Assembly (NCBI GenBank): GCA_002508315.1
Contig: DAHE01000043.1
Span: 1,228 to 65,227 of the forward strand
Source: Thermocladium sp. UBA166
GTDB lineage: Archaea; Thermoproteota; Thermoprotei; Thermoproteales; Thermocladiaceae
Reading direction: 5' to 3'
DNA length: 64,000 bases
Shown here one piece after another: positions 1 through 10,010 of this stretch (positions are counted from its first letter, which is position 1; every line of letters starts with the position of its first letter). Below the pieces are notes generated by a model, which was not told where the DNA came from, searched no databases, and saw only the letters and a program-made list of their open reading frames with translations. The translations under genes were made by a program, and so were the position numbers.

Positions 1-2498
1 ATCCATGGGCGCTCCCGCCCAGCACCTTATCCCAACTATCGACTAACCCCAACATAACGTTCGTATCTCCCGCTCCAATATCCATATACGACTACTTATT
101 CAACCCATACCCCAGCAACACCACGTTCAATCCATTTGCGTATAGGTATGTTAGGTTCCTCATGAATTACCTAGTGGATAGAAGCGGCGTTATATCCCAA
201 GTCTTTAGCGGCAATGCCCAACCCATGATAGCTTGGCCATCCGTGTTCGCCCCCAATAACTATCAATTAATCCTTCCGTCGATACTCAAGTACAACATTC
301 ATTACGATCCATCCTTTGTGAATGCGTCAATATACTTCTACTTCGTGAAATTGAATAAGACGGATCCAGTCTGGCACGGCAGGATACTCTACATTAACCA
401 CTTGTGGTACTACCTGCCTCCGGGCTCCACAACGCCTCAGCCCGTCACAATAAAGTTCTTCATAAGGAACGACGATGAGTTCAGGTATAAGATGGGCCAG
501 ATGTTCATGGCTGCGCTTCAAGGCCTAGGCTTCACCGTTAGCCCTGAGTACGGCAGCTTAAGGGATGCCCTGTCCATAGTGTACGGCTCTAATCCAGCCA
601 ACATGACTTGGAGCATCTACACCGAGGCTTGGTCTGTGACGCCAGAGCCTTGGGACACCGGGGCCGGCGATGCTTGGTTCGCTACTTGGTATGGCAACGT
701 CCCTGGATGGGGTACTCCCGGCTGGTATAACTATGCCAACTCGACCATAAACAACTTGACCTATATGGTTGCGACGGGCAACTTCTCCTCGCTTGCCCAG
801 TTCGAGAAGTACTCCGAGATATCCGACTTGATGGGCTTCCAGCAAGCCATTAGGGTGTGGGTAGTCTATAGGGCAGTCTCGTATCCAGTCCTCAACACGG
901 TTAAGGATTACCTGCCCAGCTTGATGGGTCTTGAGAGCTTCAACCCAGTCGGCGTCAAGTTCGCCTACAACTCGGCTCACCCCAGCGTTCTCAACGTGGG
1001 CATGCTGCACGTGTCCCAGTTCCCCTGGGATCCAATAGGGTGGTACTACTCGATTGATTCGTATAGCGCGGATGTCTTCGGCGGCTTCCTATTCGATCCA
1101 TTCCTGTTCTACAGCCCAACCAGCGGGGAGCCACTGCCGTTCAGGGGAGCGTGGAGGACCGTGATGAACGTCAACAGCGCATCCACCACCTACCCAGTTC
1201 CTCCCAACGCCGTGATTTGGAACGCCACTCTGGAGAAGTGGGTCCCCGTGGGTCCTGGGCACACTGCTAAGGACATAGTTTACCTATACTTCAACGGCAC
1301 GTGGCTTGGCACTAACTGGCAGGATGGCCAACCCATAACCATGGCTGACATCATATTCAACTACTATCTATGGTTTGACTTGGCTCAGTTGGGTAAGGAC
1401 TTGGGCCCATCCGCCAGCGCGTTGGCTGACTTGCAGGGAATAATCTCCCCCACCACTTCCGAGATAGTTGGCATGCAGTTCTTCAATAATGGAACCGTGG
1501 TGGTATACGGTAATTACTGGTTCCCGGACCCCAATATTGTGGCTGCCTACTACGCGCCGGGCCTCTACTCAATGGTAGTGCCATGGCAAGTGTACGCCGC
1601 AATGCTGCAGGACTTCGTTGAGGGCAAGGGAGCCTTCACCAGCAGCGAGGCATCGTCGCTCAACACTCATCAAATAGATATTAGCCAGGCAGGGGACTCG
1701 GCCGTGCTGGCCGGCATACTGAGTAACTGGACCGCGTCGGGCTACGTGTGGGATAACGGGAGCGTGTTCAACATAAACGGCGTCTCGTTCTTGACCGCAA
1801 GCCAAGCAATTCAGGACTACAAGGACGCGCTTAACTTCTACAACACCTACGGCAACATGTTCATAAGCAATGGCCCATATATACTGAAGCAGTTAATAAC
1901 GGTGACTCCGCAGTCGGCCACGCTGGTGGCGTGGAGTGGTTACCCATTCAGCTACTCCTACTGGTTCAACAGGATATACGCGTCCAAGGGCATAACCCAG
2001 TTCCCGCCGCAGGGCAACTTCGCTCCATCTGTGATTAGCTTCGCCCCCACCAGCATAGTATCCAATGAGACAGCCTCCTTCACAATAAAGGTGCAGGGAA
2101 TCGGCAATCCAGTGGCCACAGTGTACATAATAAATCCATCAACCAACGAGATATTGTATAATGCAACGGTGACGGGCGCAAACGGCGTGGTAAACGTGAC
2201 CGTGCCAGCCTCAGTGACTGCGATGCTGCAGCCTGGAACCTACGAGGCGCTGGCCATTGTGCACACAACAACCGTTCCAATACCGGCTCAGTACGAGGCA
2301 ACAGTGCTGGTATCGCCGCCTCCACCTCCGCCGCCTACTACTACTACGCCGCCTCCCACTACTACTACGCCTACTACTACTACGCCGCCTCCGCCTGCCA
2401 CCAGCTCAAGCTCCTTGTTGATAGCGGTGGTAGTGATAATAGTGATAATAGTTGTTGCGGTCGGTGTTTGGCTGGCGCTGGGCAGGAGGAAGCAGTGA
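1..2498 (+). CDS. Peptide/oligopeptide ABC transporter substrate-binding protein (5' truncated by window edge), Pro/Thr linker and C-terminal membrane anchor
   Basis: Frame is open from position 3 (PWALPPST...NPFAYRYVRFLMNYLVDR); SBP family 5-like; PPPPTTT linker, TM helix and RRKQ tail; upstream of dppBCDF-like genes. Confidence 0.9.
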   Translation, partial: PWALPPSTLSQLSTNPNITFVSPAPISIYDYLFNPYPSNTTFNPFAYRYVRFLMNYLVDRSGVISQVFSGNAQPMIAWPSVFAPNNYQLILPSILKYNIHYDPSFVNASIYFYFVKLNKTDPVWHGRILYINHLWYYLPPGSTTPQPVTIKFFIRNDDEFRYKMGQMFMAALQGLGFTVSPEYGSLRDALSIVYGSNPANMTWSIYTEAWSVTPEPWDTGAGDAWFATWYGNVPGWGTPGWYNYANSTINNLTYMVATGNFSSLAQFEKYSEISDLMGFQQAIRVWVVYRAVSYPVLNTVKDYLPSLMGLESFNPVGVKFAYNSAHPSVLNVGMLHVSQFPWDPIGWYYSIDSYSADVFGGFLFDPFLFYSPTSGEPLPFRGAWRTVMNVNSASTTYPVPPNAVIWNATLEKWVPVGPGHTAKDIVYLYFNGTWLGTNWQDGQPITMADIIFNYYLWFDLAQLGKDLGPSASALADLQGIISPTTSEIVGMQFFNNGTVVVYGNYWFPDPNIVAAYYAPGLYSMVVPWQVYAAMLQDFVEGKGAFTSSEASSLNTHQIDISQAGDSAVLAGILSNWTASGYVWDNGSVFNINGVSFLTASQAIQDYKDALNFYNTYGNMFISNGPYILKQLITVTPQSATLVAWSGYPFSYSYWFNRIYASKGITQFPPQGNFAPSVISFAPTSIVSNETASFTIKVQGIGNPVATVYIINPSTNEILYNATVTGANGVVNVTVPASVTAMLQPGTYEALAIVHTTTVPIPAQYEATVLVSPPPPPPPTTTTPPPTTTTPTTTTPPPPATSSSSLLIAVVVIIVIIVVAVGVWLALGRRKQ
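2314..2410 (+). repeat. Low-complexity coding repeat (actactacg/ccgcct units) encoding a Pro/Thr linker
   Basis: Repeated actactacgccgcctcc units; protein PPPPPPPTTTTPPPTTTTPTTTTPPPP. Confidence 0.8.
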
Positions 2499-2527
2499 AT
2501 AAAATATTAAATCAGGAGATAAAAATC

Positions 2528-2580
2528 CTCTTTTATTTTCAATTTTATGCGTTTTCTATGTATTTTATCTTCTATTATAT
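2528..2580 (+). terminator. T-rich archaeal terminator/attenuator between the SBP and permease genes
   Basis: Several T-tracts (cttttattttcaattttatgcgttttc) after the SBP stop. Confidence 0.45.
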
Positions 2581-2620
2581 TCGGGCAAAATTAATAAATA
2601 GGTCATTATGATTAATTTAT

Positions 2621-3730
2621 ATGGGATTGTTAAGGTCCCTGGGCTTCAGGGCGATAAACCTAGTGTTGATATTGATAGTGGTGCTGTTCATAATATCCTA
2701 TGCATTATCGGGCCCCGCATCCTCTGTTCTGGAGAACCAGGTTAAGATTGAGGCCAGGGCAGTGGCCCAGGCAGTGCTGAAGCACAATCCAAATGCAGCA
2801 TCCCAGGCACAGCAGGTATACAATACGATAGTGGCTCAGTTGGAGAAGGCTTATGGCCTGGACCAGCCCCCTATAATTCGTACCTTTTACATAATGTGGG
2901 ACATGTTGAGCTTCAATTGGGGTTACTCCTTCTTCCCCCAGAATTACGGCGTGAGCAACGGTAAGGTAGTAAACATAATAGCGTCTGCACTGCCTGGAAC
3001 CATAATACTGGACACGCTTGGCATACTGCTAAGCGCAATTATAGGCATATACGTTGGAACTCGCTCAGCGCTTCGATACGGTTCTCTAAGCGATAGAGGA
3101 GTCATGTACTACGCGGCTGTCTCTAATGGGTTGCCTCAATGGTGGATCGGCATAGTCTTCATTATAGTCTTCGCAGTGATGCTGAGGGAGGTTCATTCCC
3201 CAATATACTTCCCATTCGGCGGCATATTGGATCCCAAGTACTTCGGCACTTGGCTGGTCAATCCGGCTGCGGTATTTGCCAATGTCTCCGCTGTGTTGAA
3301 CTTGCTTTGGCACTTGATTCTGCCTTTATTGACTGTGCTCATAGTAAATATAGGTGGTTGGGCTTACTTCGCTAGAACAGTCGTGTTAAACGTGGCCCAA
3401 GAGGACTTCGTGACAGTGGCCCGCGCAAAGGGTCTCTCCGAGAATCAAGTGGTTAATAAGTACATAATAAGGCCAGCAGCCCCGGCGATATTGACGTCGA
3501 TCTTGATAACCATACCATTCGTCCTATTCGGCGGGTTCCTGGTTACTGAGGTGGTGTTTCAATGGTGGGGCCTCGGCTATGTTTATAATATTGCAATAAC
3601 CGCGGCTGGCACGCCTGATACTCCAGTGGTCGTCGCGTTGACATACGCCTCAACATTGCTGTATATAGTGATAGTGTTCATACTGGAGATACTTTATATA
3701 ATGCTGGATCCGAGGGTGAGGGAGCAATGA
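2621..3730 (+). CDS. dppB: Peptide ABC transporter permease (DppB/OppB-like)
   Basis: Multiple TM helices; EAA loop EDFVTVARAKGLSE; C-terminal LDPRVR. Confidence 0.9.
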   Translation: MGLLRSLGFRAINLVLILIVVLFIISYALSGPASSVLENQVKIEARAVAQAVLKHNPNAASQAQQVYNTIVAQLEKAYGLDQPPIIRTFYIMWDMLSFNWGYSFFPQNYGVSNGKVVNIIASALPGTIILDTLGILLSAIIGIYVGTRSALRYGSLSDRGVMYYAAVSNGLPQWWIGIVFIIVFAVMLREVHSPIYFPFGGILDPKYFGTWLVNPAAVFANVSAVLNLLWHLILPLLTVLIVNIGGWAYFARTVVLNVAQEDFVTVARAKGLSENQVVNKYIIRPAAPAILTSILITIPFVLFGGFLVTEVVFQWWGLGYVYNIAITAAGTPDTPVVVALTYASTLLYIVIVFILEILYIMLDPRVREQ

Positions 3731-5142
3731 CTCAGAAGGAGGAGAAGAGGGGCTCTGGTTTCAGGATCCTCGGCATGTCGCCGAGCGAGATAAGCAGGGA
3801 GTTCTTCAGCAGCGGCACAGGGAAAGTGGCCTCTGCCCTATTCATAGTGCTGGTGGTGGTCTCCATATACTCCTACTTCGCGCTGCCCTCCAATTTTGGG
3901 GCTATTTGGAATAATCCATCGTATTGGAAATTTAACCCAGACAATGCGCCGCCCGCGTGGATTAACTACTTCACGTCCCAAAAGCTGGCGCCCCAAGTCA
4001 CAGTGCATCCGCTTGAGTCAGTCACAACCTATCGTGGAGTCACTTACATATCATCGACCTTTAGCGTGGAGAATCCCTACGCCGTTCCGTGGCAGGACAT
4101 TTACTTGGTATTAAATGGGATTCCTAAGAATTCATCGGCAGCCGTTCAACTAACTATTTACAGACCGGATGGATCATCCATGCCGATAGGTCCATTACAA
4201 TTCTCCGGCTCATACATAGACCTGGCGTCTAGCTCACAGGTCAAGAACCAAATACTGAGTTTCTTCTATGACAAGGGAGAGTCAATAACCCTCGCCCCAA
4301 CTCAATCGCCAATTCCATTGCTGTTTCAAGCAGTTAAGAATGGAAAGCCATATACCCTTGACGGCAATTACACTGTGAAGATATTGGTGACGGTGTTCGG
4401 CTCCGTGGCCAGCTCATCCAAGGACCCCAACTTCATCACGGTAATAATGAGGGGGAACGTGTATGGATTGATGGGCACTGACTTCGAGGGCCACGACTTA
4501 TGGGAGGGATTGCTGGCCGGCTTCCCAATAGACTTGGAGATAGGAATAGTGTCCGCCGTGATAACGATGGTGATAGCCATTGTGGTAGGAATAATGTCCG
4601 GTTACTTCAGGGGCTGGATAGATGAAGTGCTGACCAGGATAACGGATATAGTGATAACGATGCCAGCGTTCCCATTATTAATAGTATTCTCGGTTCTCTT
4701 TGCATGGAGTCTATGGGATGCCATTCTCTTCCTCTCCATACTATCGTGGGGCGGCGCGGCCAGGATAATAAGATCCATGATAATGCAGATACGCGAGGCC
4801 CAGTACATAGAGGGCGCGAAGATAGTGGGGGCGCGGGGATCCTGGATATTGAGGAACCACATACTTCCCCAGATAATGCCGTACTCCCTCTACCTACTCG
4901 TGACGAGCGCGCCTGGCGCCATATTGACGATATCCGCGCTGAACTTCCTCAACTTAGCTGGAAGCGCGTACCCAACGTGGGGCAACCTCCTCTACTGGGC
5001 CGATAGCACGGGCGCATTGTATGCCGGCATGTGGTGGTGGGTAATACCGCCCGGCCTCCTCATAGCGTTCGTGGCGGTAGTGTTTATATTAGTTGCAATA
5101 GCCAGCGAACCCGTGGTCAATCCTAGGTTGAGGTATGGGTGA
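3727..5142 (+). CDS. dppC: Peptide ABC transporter permease (DppC/OppC-like)
   Basis: LMGTDFEGHDLW, YIEGAKIVGA, HILPQ, NPRLR motifs; ATGA overlap with upstream gene. Confidence 0.9.
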   Translation: MTQKEEKRGSGFRILGMSPSEISREFFSSGTGKVASALFIVLVVVSIYSYFALPSNFGAIWNNPSYWKFNPDNAPPAWINYFTSQKLAPQVTVHPLESVTTYRGVTYISSTFSVENPYAVPWQDIYLVLNGIPKNSSAAVQLTIYRPDGSSMPIGPLQFSGSYIDLASSSQVKNQILSFFYDKGESITLAPTQSPIPLLFQAVKNGKPYTLDGNYTVKILVTVFGSVASSSKDPNFITVIMRGNVYGLMGTDFEGHDLWEGLLAGFPIDLEIGIVSAVITMVIAIVVGIMSGYFRGWIDEVLTRITDIVITMPAFPLLIVFSVLFAWSLWDAILFLSILSWGGAARIIRSMIMQIREAQYIEGAKIVGARGSWILRNHILPQIMPYSLYLLVTSAPGAILTISALNFLNLAGSAYPTWGNLLYWADSTGALYAGMWWWVIPPGLLIAFVAVVFILVAIASEPVVNPRLRYG

Positions 5143-6131
5143 TGGGAATGGCCCTCTTGGAAGTAGATAACATACACCTGTATTACTCCACCAGCAAGGG
5201 AATAGTTAAGGCGGTCGACGGCGTCTCGTTTGAGTTAGAGGAGGGAGAAACGCTGGCCCTGGTGGGCGAGAGCGGCTGTGGCAAATCCACTATAGCCAAG
5301 GCATTGATTAGATTGTGGGAACGCAATGTATCTTCAGTTACTGGAGAGATAAGGTTTGAGGGTAGGGATGTGCTGCATATAAGCGATGAGGAGTTCAGGA
5401 TGCAGTACAGGTGGAAGAAGATAGCCTGGGTGCCGCAAGCATCCATGAACTCCTTGAATCCCGTGCTTACTATAGGCGAGCAGATGATCGAGCCTCTGGT
5501 GATTCACCATGACGTCGATAAGGACAAGGCATTGATGCAGGCAATGGATATGCTTGAGGCCGTTGGATTGCCTAGGGATATTGTTCGCAGGTACCCGCAT
5601 CAATTGAGCGGTGGAATGAAGCAGAGGGTGGCGATAGCAATGGCCTTGATATTGATGCCCAAGTTGGTTATATTGGATGAGCCGACCAGCGCATTAGACG
5701 TGATAACCCAGGCGAACATAATGAATCTATTGAAGAGGTTGAGAAGGGAGTTTAAGCTAACCTACATCTTTATAACCCATGATTTGGCATTGGCAAGCGA
5801 GTTAGCTGATTCCGTTGCCGTGATGTATGCCGGCAAGTTAGTGGAGTGGGGAAGCTCCGATGATATATACGTATCCCCCAAGCATCCATATACCGTTGGA
5901 TTGATGGGGAGCGTGCCGACCCTTAGGGGTGAGAAGAAGTTGACTTTCATGCCGGGCGAGGTGCCCAGCCTAATTAACCCGCCCACCGGTTGCCGCTTCT
6001 ATCCAAGGTGTCCCTACTTTGCCTCTAGGGGGGAGTTAAAGGGTCTCTGCGATAGGGATGAGCCGCCCTACATAGATGTGGAGCATAAGGGCGCTAGGAG
6101 GCACTTGGTTTCGTGCTGGCTATATAAGTGA
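5142..6131 (+). CDS. dppD: Peptide ABC transporter ATP-binding protein
   Basis: GESGCGKS, LSGGMKQR, ILDEPT; C-terminal GCRFYPRCP oligoHPY/Fe-S tail. Confidence 0.92.
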   Translation: MGMALLEVDNIHLYYSTSKGIVKAVDGVSFELEEGETLALVGESGCGKSTIAKALIRLWERNVSSVTGEIRFEGRDVLHISDEEFRMQYRWKKIAWVPQASMNSLNPVLTIGEQMIEPLVIHHDVDKDKALMQAMDMLEAVGLPRDIVRRYPHQLSGGMKQRVAIAMALILMPKLVILDEPTSALDVITQANIMNLLKRLRREFKLTYIFITHDLALASELADSVAVMYAGKLVEWGSSDDIYVSPKHPYTVGLMGSVPTLRGEKKLTFMPGEVPSLINPPTGCRFYPRCPYFASRGELKGLCDRDEPPYIDVEHKGARRHLVSCWLYK

Positions 6132-6212
6132 CAATATATGAATTTAAAATAGTTACCCCTATCATAAGAGGGGGAGGATATCTTTTTAAATATTGATAGT
6201 AAGGGTTCAGCG

Positions 6213-7232
6213 ATGTACGCCTCGTCCATCGCTGACTCGCCGTGGTTGAGCCCCAACCACTTGGTGATAGGTCACAGGTTGAAGATGTGGTACTCAGTCC
6301 AAGCGGGCTTATTCTCTAAGACAAGGTACGTGAGGGCCGTGGACGATGTGAGCATCAGCATAGGGAAGGGGGAGACCGTGGCGATGATAGGCGAGTCCGG
6401 CAGCGGCAAGAGCAGCCTGGGCAGGACTCTTCTTCGTTTATATAAATTGAACGGGGGGTCCTTAATGTTTGACGGCAAGGATATAACCAAGGCAAAGGAG
6501 TCCGAGTTAGCGTGGTTCAGGAGGAGGGCTCAAATGATTTTCCAGGATCCCTTCTCCGCCATAAATCCATTCCACAACATAAAGTTCATACTGGAGGAGC
6601 CACTCATAATTCACGGCGTGGGCGGCGGCGCAGCGGAGAGGGAGGAGATGGTTATCCGCACCCTCAATGAGATAAAGATGAATCCGCCGGAGGACTATCT
6701 ATATAAGTATCCACACATGCTCAGCGGGGGGCAGCGGCAGAGGGTGGCCATCGGTAGAGCCATAATATTGAGGCCCGACTTCATAGTTGCCGACGAGCCT
6801 GTTTCCATGCTTGACGCCTCGGTTAGGGTGGAGATACTTACCTTGCTGAAGGAGGTTCAGCAGAAAATGAACATTGCGTTCCTATACATAACGCATGATA
6901 TATCCACCGCCAAGTACTTCAGCGATAGAATAGCGATACTATACGCGGGAAAGCTCGCCGAGGTGGGCCCCTATCGGGATGTGGTGAAGGACCCCGCGCA
7001 CCCATACACTCAGGCATTGATAGAGGCCATACCTGACCCAGATCCCTCCAATAGATTCCACGATAAGAAGGTGGTGGGAGGAGAGCCTCCCAGCTTGATA
7101 AACCCGCCGCGGGGGTGCAGGTTCCACCCAAGGTGTCCGTTCGCAATGGATATATGCAGAAGGGAGGAGCCTCCCATGGTGGAGGTAAAGAACGGTATAT
7201 ACGCCGCTTGCTGGCTTCATATAAAGAAGTGA
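6213..7232 (+). CDS. dppF: Peptide ABC transporter ATP-binding protein
   Basis: GESGSGKS, LSGGQRQR, VADEPVSMLD, GCRFHPRCP. Confidence 0.92.
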   Translation: MYASSIADSPWLSPNHLVIGHRLKMWYSVQAGLFSKTRYVRAVDDVSISIGKGETVAMIGESGSGKSSLGRTLLRLYKLNGGSLMFDGKDITKAKESELAWFRRRAQMIFQDPFSAINPFHNIKFILEEPLIIHGVGGGAAEREEMVIRTLNEIKMNPPEDYLYKYPHMLSGGQRQRVAIGRAIILRPDFIVADEPVSMLDASVRVEILTLLKEVQQKMNIAFLYITHDISTAKYFSDRIAILYAGKLAEVGPYRDVVKDPAHPYTQALIEAIPDPDPSNRFHDKKVVGGEPPSLINPPRGCRFHPRCPFAMDICRREEPPMVEVKNGIYAACWLHIKK

Positions 7233-7289
7233 TCGCTTGCTGGGATCTCCGGCGTGCAGGTATTTAACCCAGCCATTCCGTGTATCAAT

Positions 7290-7700
7290 ATGAGGCTGAG
7301 TAGGAGCGATATCGGCATGGAGGATCCCGACGACGTAGCTATTAACCCAGGCAAAGTGAAGGGGAGGGAGTTGCTCTCATACGCAGTGGATTACTTAGAG
7401 AGATCAAGGCAATTAACGGGGACTGGGGCGGCGGAGGCTCTCTGGGCGGCAGCGACCTTGGCCGTGGAGGCCATTGGCGCCTATAGGGAAGACCAGAAGA
7501 TAGTCTCCATGAAGGAGCAATGGATGTACGTAATTTACCTGTCAATCTCTATGAATAAGCCGGAGTTACTTAAGTGGTGGAGGACCGCGCTAGCCATGTA
7601 CTTGGGATACAGGGAGGGCGTGGTTCCCGACGAAGATATACCGCTTGCCAGGAAGGACGTGAGTGGGTTAATTGACTTTGCTGCCTCCATAATTAAATAG
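7290..7700 (+). CDS. PaREP1-family (HEPN-like) protein
   Basis: [17 protein letters not shown] resembles the PaREP1 core; TATTTAA box 23 nt upstream of ATG 7290. Confidence 0.6.
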   Translation: MRLSRSDIGMEDPDDVAINPGKVKGRELLSYAVDYLERSRQLTGTGAAEALWAAATLAVEAIGAYREDQKIVSMKEQWMYVIYLSISMNKPELLKWWRTALAMYLGYREGVVPDEDIPLARKDVSGLIDFAASIIK

Positions 7701-8816
7701 GCTTGGAATTGGGCATAGAGGATCGTCTCCATACATGTCGCCGCCCAGGTAATACGCGCGCGCCCTGTCCCCTCCCTTGCACTCTCTCTTGAATCTGCAA
7801 TTGCCGCACTTGGGCCCCCTCAAGTACTTCTCGGTATTTATGAATAGGTCCAATCCATTGGCCAGAATATCCCTTAACTTGCCTTGCCTCACGTTGCCGA
7901 GTTTCACGAAGTCTATGAACTGGCAGGGATAGACGTCCCCGTTTGGGTATATCGATATTATTTTTCGCCCGCATCCGCCCGTTGATTCAACGAATCTTAA
8001 GTACTCGCTCGGGTTCTCGCTCTTCATAGCAATGTATATTCCATCGTATGGAGCTAACGTGGTCTCTATCTCCAGCTTGCCCGCGTACTTCCTCGCATAC
8101 TTGATAATGGCATTTATGAATCCCTCGTATTGTGATGGCGTGTACCACCACTCTCCACCGAGCCTACCCGCCCTACCGCTGGCGGATAGGTGATAAAAAG
8201 TTACTCGCCTCACGCCCAGCGAAGCTGCGAAATCCACGTAATCAGCCACTTTGTCTATATTTAATGCAGTCACTGTAAACCTAAGCCCTACATCTAACCC
8301 CTCGCTCAATGAGTTCCGTATTCCCGCCAATGCAAGTGAGAATGCGCCATTGACTCCCCTGAACTCATCGTGATACTTCTCCTCTATGGAGTCAAGCGAT
8401 ATCCCCACATATGAGAAGCCGATCGACTTGAGTCTCTTCGCAGCTTCTTTGGTTATCAATGTGCCATTAGTTGATAAAACAAGCTTTATTCCAAGGGATG
8501 AAGCGTACCCGGCCAGATCCATGAAATCCCTCCTCATCAATGGCTCTCCCCCGCTCATCAATATCAATGGAACCCCCACATCGTGGAATTGATCTATTAA
8601 TTCCATAGCCTCCTCAGTGCTTAATTCATTGGGGTCTTCACCGCCGGCATCTATATAGCAATGCAGGCACTTCAAGTTGCACCTCCTCGTCATGTTCCAG
8701 GACACTATGGGCCGCATGACCTCGGAGAAATTGCTGGGCTCATCGACTCCGTACTTGCCCTTTATCTTAAACGACACAGTGCCGCGGCCGGTTACCATTG
8801 TGCTTACGGGTATCAT
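7668..8816 (-). CDS. ahbC: Radical SAM/SPASM protein, AhbC/NirJ1-like (alternative heme biosynthesis)
   Basis: [20 protein letters not shown] CxxxCxxC; SPASM GCG...YPCQF...CGNC...[10 protein letters not shown]; AhbC-like N-terminus MIPVS. Confidence 0.75.
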   Translation of the reverse strand: MIPVSTMVTGRGTVSFKIKGKYGVDEPSNFSEVMRPIVSWNMTRRCNLKCLHCYIDAGGEDPNELSTEEAMELIDQFHDVGVPLILMSGGEPLMRRDFMDLAGYASSLGIKLVLSTNGTLITKEAAKRLKSIGFSYVGISLDSIEEKYHDEFRGVNGAFSLALAGIRNSLSEGLDVGLRFTVTALNIDKVADYVDFAASLGVRRVTFYHLSASGRAGRLGGEWWYTPSQYEGFINAIIKYARKYAGKLEIETTLAPYDGIYIAMKSENPSEYLRFVESTGGCGRKIISIYPNGDVYPCQFIDFVKLGNVRQGKLRDILANGLDLFINTEKYLRGPKCGNCRFKRECKGGDRARAYYLGGDMYGDDPLCPIPSLFNYGGSKVN

Positions 8817-8892
8817 CCAAAACTCAGTGCCCAATTCTACTAATTAATATTTTCGTGGGAACACATTTTAATGAGTCGCCGTCCTAGGCTTG

Positions 8893-9840
8893 ATGGGCTC
8901 CATAAAGGCATCATTGAATGATGCCGGCGACATAAACCTAGAGAAGGCCAGGGAGTTGGCGGTAACCGTGAAGCCGCTTGTATCGAGGCAAGATACCTAC
9001 ATGGATCAGCGTTTCTATCCCAGTGTGGATATCGACGTTGATCTTCAGATAATGTATTTCATGGCCATGGTATCCATAGATCACAGGCTCACGGTGCCTG
9101 GGTTCCAATACGAAGAAGAAATCAATGGGGTTCAATACAGGGGAGCAGACCTGCTGTGGCTACGGGGTCGCCTGTTGCTGGAGAGGGATCCCTCCGCTTT
9201 CTCCCCTTCGGGACTAGCCTCGGCCTCGCCTCAATGGGTTAGGGAGTGGCTTGGGGATGCGTGGGATTACGGGGTAAGGGCTTTCCTGCTCCGGGACGTG
9301 GGCGCCAAGATTCGGTTCCTTTACGATGGATCCCCGAGTAACTTATTGAAGAGGAGCGGGGGTTACCTAATAAACGGCGGCCACGGCTTCGTGGAGTTGT
9401 TAAAATCATTCACAGCATTCACGGACCCCGTTGGGAAGAAGGCCATGCTACTAGCCAAATTCCTTCACGGTCGCGGGCTAATCAAGTTCGTGGATGTCCA
9501 CAACGAGGAAGTGGCTGTAGATAACCACCTGTCGCGATTAGCGGTAAGACTGGGCCTTGTAGAGCCATCTCGTGAGTACATGAAAATGATAGAGCACGCA
9601 GTGCCATTTACGCCTCAACAAGACGTATTCCTTAGGATGCTGGTGAGATATGGATGGAAGCTGGTTTCCATGTTGAGCGACGTGGAGCCCTTTGCATTGG
9701 ATGATTTCTTATGGAGCTTCGGCAGAACCACATGCGTGGCAGACCATCCGAAGTGCGATGATTGCCCGTTAAGAAATTCATGCAGCTTGAAGGAACTTCA
9801 TCCACGAGAACACGTATTCAATGCAACGTATTGGTACTAA
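8893..9840 (+). CDS. Queuosine-salvage (Qng1/DUF2419)-like HhH-GPD glycosylase with C-terminal 4Fe-4S (FCL) motif
   Basis: KKAMLLA, VAVDNHLSRLAVRLG, LDDFLWSFGR, C-x6-C-x2-C-x5-C, terminal H..ATYWY. Confidence 0.6.
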   Translation: MGSIKASLNDAGDINLEKARELAVTVKPLVSRQDTYMDQRFYPSVDIDVDLQIMYFMAMVSIDHRLTVPGFQYEEEINGVQYRGADLLWLRGRLLLERDPSAFSPSGLASASPQWVREWLGDAWDYGVRAFLLRDVGAKIRFLYDGSPSNLLKRSGGYLINGGHGFVELLKSFTAFTDPVGKKAMLLAKFLHGRGLIKFVDVHNEEVAVDNHLSRLAVRLGLVEPSREYMKMIEHAVPFTPQQDVFLRMLVRYGWKLVSMLSDVEPFALDDFLWSFGRTTCVADHPKCDDCPLRNSCSLKELHPREHVFNATYWY

Positions 9841-9927
9841 TTGATCGAGCCCGCCCCTCCGCTTTAAGAGGCAATTATCCCTCACCTCATCAAGCCCCGC
9901 CTTTTGCCAACTCCCAAAATATAAACG

Positions 9928-9981
9928 GTGAACTGCCCTTGCCCTTACGGGGTCTTCCGCTCCCCTTAATCCCCGATAAGG
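9928..9981 (-). mobile_element. Miniature IS200/IS605-derived element (about 54 bp; left and right ends only)
   Basis: Minus strand reads TTTAA|CCTTATCGGGGATTAAGGGGAGCGGAAGACCCCGTAAGGGCAAGGGCAGTTCAC; ends shared with the copies at 39730 and 53074. Confidence 0.6.
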
Positions 9982-10010
9982 TTAAAACCGATTATTGCTT
10001 TTCCCCGTTA

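Noticed and set aside
9762-10010. N-terminal extension of the DUF711 ORF (424 aa in the track)
   Set aside because: The extension overlaps the upstream gene and the miniature IS element; the family start and TATA spacing point to ATG 10011
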